Part shown: piece after piece, positions 27,951 through 41,574 of the stretch
Position numbering within the stretch: position 1 is the stretch's first letter
Layout: each line of letters begins with the position of its first letter
From: Proteromonas lacertae
Lineage: Eukaryota
DNA: 64,000 nt
NCBI GenBank assembly: GCA_002245135.1
Contig: NGBS01001175.1
Coordinates: 62,001-126,000, forward strand
Direction: 5' to 3'
Made by a program: the position numbers and the translations under genes
Notes under the pieces: model-generated
Seen by the model: the letters and a program-made list of their open reading frames with translations, nothing else
What the model was told of the DNA's origin: nothing
Databases searched by the model: none

Positions 27951-28422
27951 AGCTTGATCTACAAATTTTCTATAACTATATAGTCAAGCAATAAAAAAAA
28001 TAAAAGTAGACAACAACAGAAAATTATAGCTGTATATAAGATAGATACGTATAGGTATTATTAAAAAACTAGATAGAATGTTGTGAACTGTTCAATCATC
28101 AATTTCACTTGATAAACAACATATTTTCTTCTTTATAATTACTGAACTTACATGAATTTTAAAAGTCTTTATTATAAAATTTGGAAGATAAAGAGATAAT
28201 ATATGATACAGTGCATTTATTTAATATTTTTTAAGATATTCAGAGAAGGAGAATTTAAAATGAACTAATCTGGACTGATTTTCGTGATAGGTGTTACTAT
28301 GCTGTCACAAAGTGTCACTCAACACAAAAAATATTTTTAAAAGTATTGACATGTTCTTATGGAATAATATTTCGTAATTCCAAATCCCAATAAAATATAA
28401 GAAAAACTACAAAATTGGTTAA

Positions 28423-28860
28423 TTATAATTCATCATCATCATCATCATCATGTTTTGCCTTCTTTTTAGAACTCTTCTTTGGCTTCTTTTTGTCTGATTT
28501 TTGTTGTTTCTTAGTTTCCTTTTCAATATCACCCCTAAAATGAAAAATTATATGAAAGAATACATTTCTGATGCATATTGCTTTTTTATATCTTCTGCAG
28601 AATACAGTTTGAAGTTCATTGGAGGAGCTCCAGTCTCAGCTGATTGTTTTGCCATGGCTTCCTGTAATTTTCTTCGAATTTCTTCAGCTTCTTCTCTTTT
28701 CTACCATTTTTATAATTATTTACTATACTGGGTCTTTTGAGTCTGATTTATCTTTAGATTTAGAACTCTTCTTCGATTTTTTTTTGCTCTTTGCAGCTTC
28801 AACCTCACTCACAATTAAAAGAAATACAAAGAAGAATATTAAAAGGTTCTTGTAAGACAT
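28423..28860 (-). CDS. Small Lys-rich secreted/ER-luminal protein with C-terminal DDEL
   Basis: Signal peptide MSYKNLLIFFFVFLLIVSEVEA; two short introns; last exon ends KKAKHDDDDDDEL-TAA. Confidence 0.7.
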
Positions 28861-28928
28861 TATCAGTTCAAATAATTTTGAGGAACTTTCTAGATTTTTT
28901 TGGCTTAACTTTACATTAGAGATATAAA

Positions 28929-30563
28929 ATGAGCAGTTTAGACAAAGCATATTCTAAATGGGATAAAATCGATCTTGTATTAGCCATTTGTTTGATGTTT
29001 CGTAGGATTCTGATGATGAAATACCTGTAGCGCCAGTTGTTAAAAGAGAAGCTTTGCCAGATGTAAAAATGACGAAATGGATTAGTGAAGAAGAAGCAAA
29101 GCAATTGAAAAAATATGATAAAACAGAAAGAGTATAATCACTGTACTTATACACCATAGGAAGTATGGCAAATCTATGTGAGAAGATTACGTTGTTGGAA
29201 TCAGGCATTTGATGATGATGGAAATGAAATACCACCATCAAGACCTTACAGAATAATTCTAACCAATTTATATCCACTGGGAAGAGTAGCAGCTGGTGAA
29301 TTTAGCAGCCCTCCTTGCAGACCCCCAACAATGGACCAAATAATGAAACTAATTATTAATGAAATTAAAGACCCAGCCAAAGAGAATGGAAATCCACATC
29401 GTCCAGAAGAAGTAGTATTTGATGAACAATATATGGTTGATGAATTAGCTCCAACATTAGCAGCAATAGGAATATATACAAGACAATTATGTGCAGCAGA
29501 GGGAGTGAAAGACTATATTCAAAAAATAAGTGATGTATTTTTGAAAGAGATGGATGGTGGTGTAAATTATTCAAATACCTTACCTGGTATGATAGATCAA
29601 ACAAATGTTTCAAGAATGGAGTTAGATAGTTTCTATAAGACAGCCTTTAAATTATGGAAAGCTGCAGCATGGGATAATATAGGTGACAGACAAGCCTTTG
29701 TGTTAAGAGCGAAAGATTTCCGAATGGACAATGGATTGTTGATACCTGAAGGTCATATATTCGTATCAATATTAGGAAGAGACAGTGGACCAAAAGGATT
29801 GGCTGTATTTTATAATCAGAGCGAATTAGAGAATAGAGCACAACCAGATGGTGAAGAATTACTATATTTACCAAAAACAAGAATATGTCAATATTGTGGT
29901 AAAATTGGTACTGAAATATCAACAGAAATGAAAAGATGTACTAGATGTCGAACTGTATATTACTGTAATGCTAATTGTCAAAAGAAGTATGATTAGTATT
30001 AATATTTTATATTTAGGGATTGGAAGAATCATAAGACAGAATGTGTTTCAATGGAAGATCATCCTAAAGTAGATAATGTGACATGGGGATTTAGAGAATC
30101 ATCAGTAATCTTCCAGAAAGAAACCGAATTATCGTTTGTAGATTTAGAGGATATGGATGAAAATCACTATACACCACCAACCTATGAGTCTTTTCCATTT
30201 GCAATTACTTATCGTAAAGGAGAAGCTACAAGACCAACAGCCACTGAATTATTTTGGATAATAAGAGCAATGAATGCTGCAATCGAAGCAACTAAACCAG
30301 GATGTGAAGTATTAAGGCCAAATAATATAGCAACAGGAAAATTAGATTTTGATATAGAGATTGATGGTAAAAATGAACATTTAGAGATTATTAATACATG
30401 TGTATTATGTAAATCTGATGTTCGAAAGAAAGATGATAAAGAAGAAGAAGAAGGTGAAAATGGTGAAGGAAGTAATGAAGATAAAGGTGAAAGTGAAAAG
30501 ACAGAACAAATAGATGAAGAAGCAGCCAAGAAGACAGAAACACAGATAAATGAAGTTGATTAA
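28929..30563 (+). CDS. MYND zinc-finger protein with bacterial-type flanking domains and an N-terminal CDC37-like YSKWD motif
   Basis: CQYC...KRCTRCRTVYYCNANCQKK|DWKNHKTEC (MYND); spliced N-terminus MSSLDKAYSKWDKIDLDSDDE. Confidence 0.8.
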
Positions 30564-30672
30564 CTTTTTTTAAACTTTTTTATTTTGTTTTTATAACAAT
30601 GTTTATGTTTGTTATTTAAATATAACTATATGTGATATGTCTAGATAATCAAAAGAAAAATGAAAATAAAAA

Positions 30673-31002
30673 CTAACTATTTAAAAATTCTCTATTTGCT
30701 TTATCATTTTCTTCTTTCTGCATTTTAACTGCATTTTGATACTTTTCCATTGACTCTACTTCTTCTATTCCTCTTCTAATCATCATATTAACAAAATATC
30801 AATACTGATATAACGATCTAATTCTCTCATCCCCTAATGAAGTCTTTGATTGTTTAAAACTGTATCTAATAACTAATATGCTAATCAAAATATACCTTAC
30901 ATAATCAAGCATAGCCAAACGATAGTCTGAAGATGGACATTTCTTTGCTGCTTTTATACATCGTTTATACAGAGCCAAAACCTCTTTTCTGCCAATATTC
31001 AT
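30673..31002 (-). CDS. LYR-motif (Complex1_LYR family) small mitochondrial protein
   Basis: EVLALYKRCIKAAKK...DYIRYSFK...IRSLYQRGIEEV after removal of two ~30-nt introns. Confidence 0.8.
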
Positions 31003-31005
31003 TTT

Positions 31006-31023
31006 CAAATAAACTTGGCTTGA
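31006..31023. promoter_or_regulatory. Recurrent upstream motif CAAATAAACTTGGCTTGA (copy upstream of the LYR gene)
   Basis: Identical to 19600-19617; lies in an 81-bp divergent spacer. Confidence 0.55.
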
Positions 31024-31083
31024 TCTTTTTGTTTTTTAATTTTTCTCATTAAATATGGCTTATTGTTCCCTTATTTTACTATA

Positions 31084-31695
31084 ATGGAGTATACAAATGA
31101 GTATTTCATATATTTAAATATTATTATTAACAGAGAAATCGATTTTGCTAATGAACTTACAGAAGCTTTAATGGAGGATGATATATTAAGTATAAAAGCT
31201 TATTTTATTGGAGATAGAATTTTTAGATATATATGATTCACAATTGAAAAGATTAACAATTTCGCCTGCTAGATTGGATGTTATCAAAGATAGTGTTAGA
31301 CAAATGGTATTTGAATCTATTACAACCGGTTTTCCGTATTAAATATTTGATTGTAATCACTAGAGTCAATCCTTTAAATAGATCGCCAAATACAATCTGT
31401 CCGATTAATATATCATTATCACCACCGAGTGTATCGATTTTATCCAGTCCTACTACTACTAACTCATCCTATGATTCACCAACATCACATTTAGATAATT
31501 TAATTGATTTGTCTTTACTTAAATCTAATAGTAAACCTAAAGTTAATAATAATAAAACATCACAAACATACACATTCCTTATTGATAGTATATTCTCCAT
31601 TAATTTATGTAATATTGTTAGATTATAATAATGTTAAGAAGAGTTTTAAAGAATCTATGAAAATACCATCAGGCTCAATTTTAAAACATAAATAA
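31084..31695 (+). CDS. Hypothetical protein
   Basis: Short GT-AG introns give a continuous frame MEYTNEEIDFANELTEALMEDDILKFLDIYDSQ...; Ser/Pro-rich middle; no recognisable domain. Confidence 0.5.
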
Positions 31696-31858
31696 TCTAT
31701 ATTAGTAATTATTATTTTTAGTATTTTATAAATTGTTTAATTTAAAATATAATAAACACACACACACAAAATACAAATAGATAATATATTATTATTCGTT
31801 TATAAATTATAGAAATATATTATATATATGTATATATACATATATCACATATATTTGA

Positions 31859-34800
31859 TTAGAAATTACTCAACCATTTTTCATTACCATCATATTTTGA
31901 ATCTTCCAACAATTTCTTACTTTCTTTCTCTTCAACAGTTGTAATTGAATACTCATCATACATTTTATTATATTTATCATATAATGGAGATTTAACTTTA
32001 TTATTCTCAATGTCTATTAAATTAATCCCTTTAAACCATTCATTTTCTAACAATTCATTGAACCTGTAACGATTTGAAGATTCACATCCAATTCTTTTAG
32101 ATGTTCTTCTTTCCAACAATCTCTCAATTAATCTCATTCCTAATTCACTCACTTTATAATGATAATTTTCTATTTTTTCAGATGTATTATTCGTATAACT
32201 AATTATATTGTTAATAATGTCTAAACTTGTATCAGAATCATTCTTTTTAAAGGGAGTATGTTTAGTATAAAGTTCATATAATAAAATACCCAAACACCAT
32301 ATATCACATCGATAATCATGTCCTTTACAAGTTACCATTCGAGGTTCCATATACTCAGTATCTATACACAACGTAAAACTGTGATTCTTTTCTATTTTAC
32401 TGTTTAATAAATCACAAAATATTATATTTCCATTATTATCGATTGATAATAAACTTGGAACAAGTGATCTTACCATTATATGATTATCATAGAAATGTTT
32501 TAATTTACAAATTATACTACAGAATATATATTTTATCTCATTTTCTTCTAAGTTATCTATTGATTTTATTAAATTTTCAAGGTTAGAGACTATTTTTACA
32601 TTAAACAAACTATAAATGTTATTTTTATTATGAAAACTACCGATATAAAATACAGTATCGTAATTGATACTATAATAGAAATAGTTAGTATATAATAACT
32701 TCTCTCTATTAATATTTGTCTGGATTTTATTTTCTCTTATTTTATCAATAGAAGTTATTCTAATTGTTCCTAAACAATAACTATTTTTATTTCTATAACT
32801 ATAATAACTATGATAACTAGTATTATATAGTGGATATATCAATTCTATATCATTTATAGACAATTTGTGTAAGTTATTTTCTTTGATATATTCATTATAT
32901 TTTAGTTTATGGTCAATTGAAATTAATCGTTTATTATTAATAGATTTTAATTTACTCTCAATTTCAGGATAGTATGTTTTTATATACTTCTTTGAAAGAA
33001 TAAAACATTTTACTTTTGTTAGAGCTATATACTTGAATGAGAAATTCTTGTCATTTCCATTAACAGCTGTAGAAAAGGAATATCCGAAGTATTGATAAGT
33101 TCCTAATCTTATTAATTCACTATAATAATAATAATAATAATATAAATATAAATATAAATATATATATATACATTTGTTGATTTTCATCATTTTTAGAATT
33201 GTTATTTTCATTCATTTCTTTTGTGTTATCATTATTATTATTATTCAATATTGTAAACTCACCTCTACTATTATTATTGCCTTTCATCACAACTACACCT
33301 TCTGTTACAAAGTATATATTATCATTATCTTCATTTCCATTATCTTCTATTATAATATCATTCATTTTAAACACTTTTTCTTCCATATTATTATTTATTT
33401 CTTCATAATCTTTCTCTTTTAAACTATTAAAACAACGATTTCCCTTCAAAATATTGATTTTTTCATTATAAATATACTTCAAAGCAACACTTCTAAAAGG
33501 TGTTTTACTTATTACATATAATTCACCATCTTCTAAACATTTTATTTCATTATTATTTATTCGATCATACAATAATTCAGTATCACCAAAACTTGGAAAA
33601 ACATTATTCAATACTTTATATTCAAAAATAATCTCATTATTATCACTATCTTTGATTATTAAACAATATTTCCCACTGATGGCTATATAAAACTTATCAC
33701 ATTTCATTTCACTGTTTATTAACACTTCATCTTTAGTTGATTGAACAATCACTACTTCATTCACTAAACCATTAATAATTTCATCACTTAAATTCTTAAA
33801 TATTATCTGTGACTTTAGTGCTTTATATATTTTATCTTTATATTCAGGAATACCAGTATATTCACTTCTCAAATGATATTTCATCTCAATTTCATTCAAA
33901 CCTATCATTGATATATTACTATGATAATTGTAGTTATAATTATAATTGTCGGGATTTCTTACAGGTTTTTGATCTAAAGTTATTTGACTACCAATTCTTG
34001 TACGATGATTCAATATTATATTACTGACATTATCAACAGCAATTCTTTTAAAATCACTTATCTTTATAACAATTACTGTTATATCATCACTTTTATTGTC
34101 ATAATGAAGCCATAGATTCCTACTGTCACTCACTATATTTTGGCATGCTTCTAATACAGTTGAACTATCTTCAACAATGTTAATAACCTTTTCATTTGTT
34201 AGGAATTCAAAAACACCATCACTTGCAATAACAAAATATTCATATTCCTCATTCAAGTTTCTTATAAATATCTCTGGATCACATATTACACCTATTGATT
34301 CACCTAATTTATCACCTATACTTCGACTATATTCACAACCAGGTTCATTTTTATCTTTCATCCATATTCTACATCTATCTCCATCATTTTTCATATTCTT
34401 TAAATCGGATGGTAATAAATCTCTACTTACTTCATTATGTTTTTGTCCAATAGTCAAAATTTCTGCACCACATTTCAATAATCTTTCATATTCATCTTCT
34501 CTATAAGGACTTTGATCAATCGAAAGATTCAAGGCTTCTAAATGATAATTCTTATTTGGATTGATTGTATAGGATAATGAAGATTGTGTAAATTGGTTTG
34601 GATGTTGGTTTTGACTTAGTTGTTGTGGATTTTGTTTGTTGTTGTTGTTGTTGTTGTTGCGGAGGTATTGGTTGTATTTTACATTGTATATAAGGATGTA
34701 TCTGTAATGATTGAGCTCTACTTTGTCTGTATGAAAAATCTTTACTATTATTCAATAAACTAGCTTTATGACTATTGTCATTATTATTATTGCCATTTAT

Positions 34801-35762
34801 ACTGCATTGATTCATTATTAATGATTTTGATGTATCTTTGTTATTATAGCTATTATTACAACTATTTGGTCTACTTCCACTGTTTTTGTTTGTATTTATG
34901 AATTTATCATTTTCTAATTTTATTCCACAGATTGCTCGACTATCACCTACATTAGAGATATATAAGTCACCTTCCTTAAATAATAAACATACTGCTGTTG
35001 TGCCACTCATTGTCTAATTATAAATTAAAAAATAAGAAATATATATATATAAATACATCATCTATATATTCTTCTTCTAAATCTTCATTATTCATTGAAT
35101 GTAATTGTTCATTTATTGTGTTATATGAATCTCTTATTGCTTTTATTGGATCTATTTCATAATACATACTTGTCTTTATTTCATTTGGCAACTATTGATT
35201 AATTAGAGAATAAAATATACATTTTTACCTACAAAACTACTACATTTTTCACCATATTTCCCATGACCATCAAATACACCAAATAAAATACTATTATTTT
35301 CTCGATTACTATCTTTGCCAAAATTTTTCTCAAAGATATAATAATCTTGATTAGCTTTACTACTACCTCTCTATTAACAATAAATACAAGTAATAAATAT
35401 ACAGATTCTTTAAATCCACCAAGACTTAAACAACAAAAATCGAGTTTATATTCACAGCTTTTACATTTTACTACCTGAGTGTCCTTTCGTATCTCTATTA
35501 TTTGATTACGTCTATTGGAAGGGCCATTACTGAATAGGTAAGAGTTTAGCGAAGATTTTGTAGTTAGTTTTTTAAATTGTGATGAACTTTTATTTGAACC
35601 CCTCATAGAACTAAAATTCTTTGGTGTTGTTTGTGATTTTTTAGGTGATTTTTGAGAAACAATCTCTTTCATCTCTTCTTCACCAGATCTATCTTCAAAA
35701 TCTTTGACATATTTATTGTTCATTAATTCAGCTGGTAATAAAGATGATTGAGTACATCCCAT
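31859..35762 (-). CDS. PP2C phosphatase / cyclic-nucleotide-binding / pseudokinase fusion protein
   Basis: MGC acylation motif; LFGVFDGHG, SGTTA, SNVGDSRA, SRSIGD, IASDGVFE, DDITV; two cNMP domains (FGDTELLY); AGC-like kinase lacking HRD/DFG (VRSLVP, CDLL). Confidence 0.9.
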
Positions 35763-36059
35763 AACAAAACGACAAAAAAAGAGATTTTTCAAAATAGATT
35801 TAAAAATTCATTGTATTATTAACATATTGTTTGTTGAGTTCATTGTATGGAGGTTAAATAGTGTTAGAAGTTCATTATTTATAGTTTATCAAAATATATA
35901 GATGAAATACACACAGATGATGAAGAAAAGTGATTCTAATTTCAATATATTTATAAAACTGTCAGATGATAGATAATCCAACGTTATTATCAAAAAAAAT
36001 ACAAATTAACAAATATACATATAAAAGTGACTAGATAATTATGTAGAAATGTATTAAAC

Positions 36060-37129
36060 TTATAATAGAGTACTTTCAACAATTAGATTAGCATTACTGC
36101 CTTTGATTTCATAAAGATAATCCATCCAGAGCTGAAGATCACCACCATTTTTCAAATTTTCTTCACCAATACTACTGATATTCAATTGTCTCAAGTTACT
36201 TAAATATGCAAAATATGGCTTAATCATATTCAATCCATTCAATCCTATTACATTGTTATTTAAAGATAATATTTCTAAATTAGCAGGATGTTCATATAAC
36301 ATTTCAGCTAAATAATAACCACCATCTTCCTGTAAATCATTATCATCGATATATAACTCTTTTAACTTCTCACAATTTTTGATTAAGTGTTTAATTGTAC
36401 AAACACCCAGATTTCCAAACTTATTTCCATTTAAATACAATATTTCAATTCCACACTAATTACCATTATCGTGTGAATCACCAGAGGTCATGCTACTCTT
36501 ACCAATTTGGCGAAAGAATATTGACATATCAGTTGCACTTATACTACAGTCTAATTTCAATTATATAATAGTTAGATTTTTTATACATGATAAATCTAAA
36601 GATACTAAATGGCATTGTGGTGATGACAAGTATATTAATAAACTATCCATTTGAAATGTTTCAATATGATTTTCGGTTAAATCAAGAGCATATAATTTTG
36701 GAAATCTTGTTGTTAAGAATGTAGATAAGAAATCGTTATTTAAACCCTTCCAATCGTTTTCTATAACTTATCATTATATTACTCATACTTATAACTAAAT
36801 GAACAATGATGAATGATTCTAGTTTAAGATCTTTATACTCATTAAGCATAACTTCAAATCTTTCTGGTTGTAAATATACTATTAATATCAACTCATAATA
36901 GTAAATGAAAATACATTCTAATATGGTGTTATTTGGATCTTCAAGAGCATTGTGCAAATATTTATATAATTCTATAGAGTTTGTAATTTTATCATCATCA
37001 ATTCTCACTACGTATAGAAATTTGTAATGAATACCTCTTCCATCTTTCGTGGTGAATGGCTCTTCTGTCACTAGAAAAATTAAAATATTTAGAAATACTA
37101 TGCTCAACCCGAAAGAAATGAGAATTCAT
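36060..37129 (-). CDS. Ribonuclease-inhibitor-type LRR protein
   Basis: Start MNSHFFRVEH; repeats LYLNGNKFGNLG, LKELYIDDNDLQEDGG, LEILSLNNNVIGLNG. Confidence 0.65.
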
Positions 37130-37196
37130 AAGATACTTTTTTTAAACCAAAAACCAACACAAAACGATAATATTTTTATCATGATTGGATTTTTTA

Positions 37197-38065
37197 TCAT
37201 AGCTCTTCTAACCAACATGGAAACCATTTGTTTGGACAATGTAATTTCATCTTCTCATAGGTTGCAAGCTTATCCCTATCATAATTATTGAATATCCATA
37301 ACTCATGTAGGTTTTTACAGTTATGGATGTTGTTGGCTAAAACATCAAATCCATCATCATCTATCAGGTTATACGGCATGTATAAGTGATATAATTGTGG
37401 TATGTACTGTAAATTCTCACTCAAGTATTTTACTCCTTTATTTCCAATTAAACATTCTAGTGTTTTAAATAGAAATAGATGAATATATACTTCCAATGTT
37501 TAACATCTTTAATAAAGGAATTTCTTTAAGATGGTTTGCTAAACACTTCATTCCTTCAGCCATAATTGGATTCTCTCTTAGATGCAATGATTTTAATTTT
37601 GGAATAAAGTGAAATTTTTCAGTCAATTCAATTATACCACAAGGACCAATATTGTTGTATGCTATCCACAGAGTTTCTAATTGTGGAATGTGCTGTAATG
37701 TCTTAGCAAGAAAGGCACAACCAGCGTCGGTCATATCGTTGTTCATTAAATCCAAGTATTTTATGTTCTTATACGTTGAATATTTGCTACAGAAGTATAA
37801 AACTCCAGCTGGACCAATATGAGCTATATTTAATTTAATTAATGTAATTAGATTTTATACATTCAGAAATATTTAACCTATTTTCTTTACTACTGCTATA
37901 CTCTGTTATTTTTACGTCGATCTTATGTTCTAGTATATTATAATATTATGTTTTACTGATATCTGATCTTAAAAGTGCTGAGAGTGGAGTGGCGATATCA
38001 TTATCTATACTTCTGTTATTTTGCGGTGTTTCTGAGGGTATAAACTGTTTGGAAGATCCTTGCAT
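37197..38065 (-). CDS. Ribonuclease-inhibitor-type LRR protein (tandem neighbour)
   Basis: 28-residue repeats LDLMNNDMTDAG, LWIAYNNIGPCG, LHLRENPIMAEG, LYMPYNLIDDDG. Confidence 0.7.
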
Positions 38066-38147
38066 CGTTTTAAAAAATGAGAAATTCGATGGAAAGAAAT
38101 GATAATTTCTCAAACACAAACAAATCAAAAGAATAGACATTTATATT

Positions 38148-39927
38148 TTACTTGAATTCCTTCATGTTACCGTAATGATCCATTCTATACCAACTAAAAT
38201 CCCACTTATCTGGTTGACCAAGATGATTCTCATTTTTGAAATCTGATTTACTCCACACAAATGGACTAATGGGATTATAATCATTATTAGGAGGTCCTGA
38301 TATAATATCAACACTTAAATTATGATTCATAATCATATCATAACATGTAATTTTACTATCAGTAGCAACATGGTTTCTATGGCCTAATCCTGGTGGAGAA
38401 TATGTTCCATCTATTGGATTCAAATCTCCTCTAGTGGCTATAGCTAATGAAGAAGAATAACCATTTGGAGTACAATTGCAATGACTATATTCATCATGTT
38501 GATAATTGTTATATCTCATTAAAAATCTCATATCTTTTAAACCTTTTATATTTTTATGCTCTCTTTTGAAGATTAATGCTCTTGAAGTGTTTTCATAAGT
38601 GTAATAATCACCATATTGTTTTATTAATTCATCTAAATTCATTAAATCTTTTATTTTACTGAAATAAGGAAGATTATATGAAGGGAAATAAGTTTGACTT
38701 TTCAATACACTATAAAATAGATATAATACTTATAAATAAATAATATTATATTATACTGTGTTAAATCATCATAAATAATATTACCAGGTAATTGTTCTAA
38801 CACATAAAGTGTTCCATCTCTTAATTCTTCATTTGGATGGAATAATTTATAATCTATAATCATAAACTCATTGTTATAACATCCATTATTATATTTTTCA
38901 AATACTTTACACCATTCTTTACCACTATTACTAATTCTATTAGCAACCATATTCCTCATCCAAATATAAACAGTATTAGGTTTTATATATTGGTTTAATG
39001 ATATATTATGATTTCCAATTGTTGTTTCTTGTACAACCATATTGCCAGATAATAAATAAAAATCATCACCACTAAACATATAACCAGGATATGATGAAAA
39101 TGACATTATTCTATTTGGAACAGTTTCTTTTGAATTTTTACTCATCTTCCAAGGAAAGTCATATATCTTCCATATTCTTATCATTGAGTTAAAACTTGTC
39201 CAAGTATCTTGAGATACAATTATATCTTCATTATTTGGTAATACTTTTATTAAGGCAGAACAATGATCTTCTTCGTTTAATTTGTTTTGTATTGCTGAAT
39301 TGATATCAGGATAATCTCCAGATAATACCATACTCAATATATTCCATCTTCTTAACGATTTATCACTGTATTTCATATATCCATCAATTAAACCATTATA
39401 TTGTTGAACTAATAAGGATATATGATACCAATAACTGTCATTCACATTCTCTTTGATATTTTTATCAATGAATTTATCATTTTGTTTTAAAAACTCTTGT
39501 AATTATATATTATTAAGGAATATAATCATGTTATATTATTAAAAAGATATCTCTGCAGATGGAGTATCATTGAAACAATTGTGAGCATGATGATAAATTC
39601 TTTCTCTTGTAAGATATCCTTCAAGAAATCCTGCAGCATATGCTTGAATTTCATCATCAAAAACAGTTGAAGTATATATCTTTAATGTACTCCATCCTTT
39701 ATATAAAATAGCATAATTTCTATACCTGTGCTCATGATCGTGTCATTAAAGAATCCTCTTGCTGGTTGTATTTTAGGATTTGGACTGAAAGAAATATTAT
39801 ATACACCATTTTCATAATTCACATAAGCTTCAACCAGTTCTATTACAAATGAATAAAATCATATACCTTGAGCATTAATACAACATGAAAAGAAGAAAAT
39901 AAAAAATAAAATGAAGTTTCTTAACAT
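38148..39927 (-). CDS. Phospholipase B-like (PLBD/LAMA family, Ntn hydrolase), secreted/lysosomal
   Basis: Signal peptide; GWSTLKI, AYAAGFLEGYLT, HCSALIK (N-terminal nucleophile Cys), FSSYPG..SGDDFY, YNNEFMIID, EQLPG, SYNLPYF, AIATRGDLNP, DSKIT, HLGQPD. Confidence 0.93.
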
Positions 39928-40062
39928 TACAGTGAAACACAGTTATTTAGTATGTTCTTTATAAGTTGTGAGTTATTCAAAACCTTACATACAATTTATA
40001 CAATTACATTAATCAAATTATCTTGCTTTTATTATATGTATGAGAAATAATATTAACATTAT

Positions 40063-40605
40063 CTAAATTGAATCAAGGAATATTCCATAATCATCACATA
40101 GATATTTTTCAGAACATGGAGCATCACTACGACATTTAAATCGACTATAACACATCATACAACAATATGAATGTATATAAAACCTATTTAAATTATCCAA
40201 CTCTACATAACTACATATATGAATTGATGTACCATCATTCAATGGACTAATATTAAAATATAAATAATATACGCTTTACAACAAACACAAATGTCATTAA
40301 ATGGTGTTCTTTTGCTTTCACTATCCATAATTGAATGAATTACTTCTGTTAAATTTCTTTTCTGGGGATTATCTGGATGAAACCTGTTGATCTTCAACAT
40401 GTTGAGTAAAATGATTTTCGTTTAGATGGCAATACTTTTCTCATATACACTTTCATGTGTTATATTTACAGCATTATAGTTCTGTGTTATCTCTCTTTAC
40501 CTTTTTCACTTGATTTGATGAATATGTGTTTGCTTTCCTTCTATTTGTTACATCTTTGTGTAATTTATTAATTCCAATTGCTAATACTATCTCATCTCTG
40601 CCCAT
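40063..40605 (-). CDS. Small Cys-rich putative Zn-finger protein; 5' part unresolved
   Basis: Last two exons splice to ...RTPFNDICVCCKAPLNDGTSIHICSY...HSYCCMMCYSRF...DSI-TAG. The upstream frame from ATG 40605 cannot be joined without indels. Confidence 0.35.
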
Positions 40606-40714
40606 TAACTAGAAAATGATAAAAAAACAAAAGCTTGGCTTCAAACAAATCAAAATATTGACCTTCTATAGTTAAAACAAAAAAGTATAAAAAGAATAAT
40701 TTAATTATTATTAA

Positions 40715-41574
40715 CTACTTCCTATACATTGGCGCTATATTTAAATTGATTTTTTTTGACTTTTCCTTTGCATCTGTTTTCTTTGGACCTAAATAATGAA
40801 TTCGTTTTACAGTATGATTATCTTCATCATCATATTCATAAGATCTCTTTGTCGGTTTGGCTACTCCTTCTAATGTGTGTCTTTCTAAAAATGAGCCTAA
40901 TTTTTCTGTCAAAACTGGCTTACCTGTAGTTTCAAGAGAATCTGGACGAGGACTTGGCTGTTTAATTCTTATCGGGGATTTTGGTAGTGGTTTAGTAGTT
41001 ATTGTCTTTTTACCTGAATTAATTGTTATGGACATATGCAAGGTCAGGTGATACTTTCATTGGAGAAGTATTAATACTACCAAATATAGAGTTTAAAGTA
41101 GATTCTGACTTACTAGAGGATGCTCCACCTCCCAATCTGGAAAACACAGATGATTTGGATGTAGAATCTGAAGATAGCAGTGAATCAATGCTAGATGAAG
41201 ATTGTGAAAAACGATGTGAAAAATCTGGCTCAGGAACCTTTTGATTTTCATATAAAATTCGATTTTATACTTTTATTTTTATAGTTCTATTTTCTGGTGT
41301 TGATTCTTTAACCACTGTCTTTGTTTTACCTGCTTCACCCAAAATCAGTTTCAGACAATTCTTTTCATCTTGAAATGTTAATTGCTAAAAATATACGTTC
41401 TGTTAATTCTTCTCCATTTTGTTTTTTCTTTTCAATAAATTTCAAGGCAACTTTCTGTTTATTTGTCGTAATCACACCACCAGCCCACGCTATTTGTTTC
41501 TTTTCACTTGGATATACACGTCCATTGCTACTTGATTCTTTAATAGCTTTTAAACTAACTATTTTAGAAGTCAT
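40715..41574 (-). CDS. Hypothetical Ser/Pro/Lys-rich low-complexity protein
   Basis: MTSKIVSLK... ORFs linked by short introns; no domain recognised. Confidence 0.5.
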
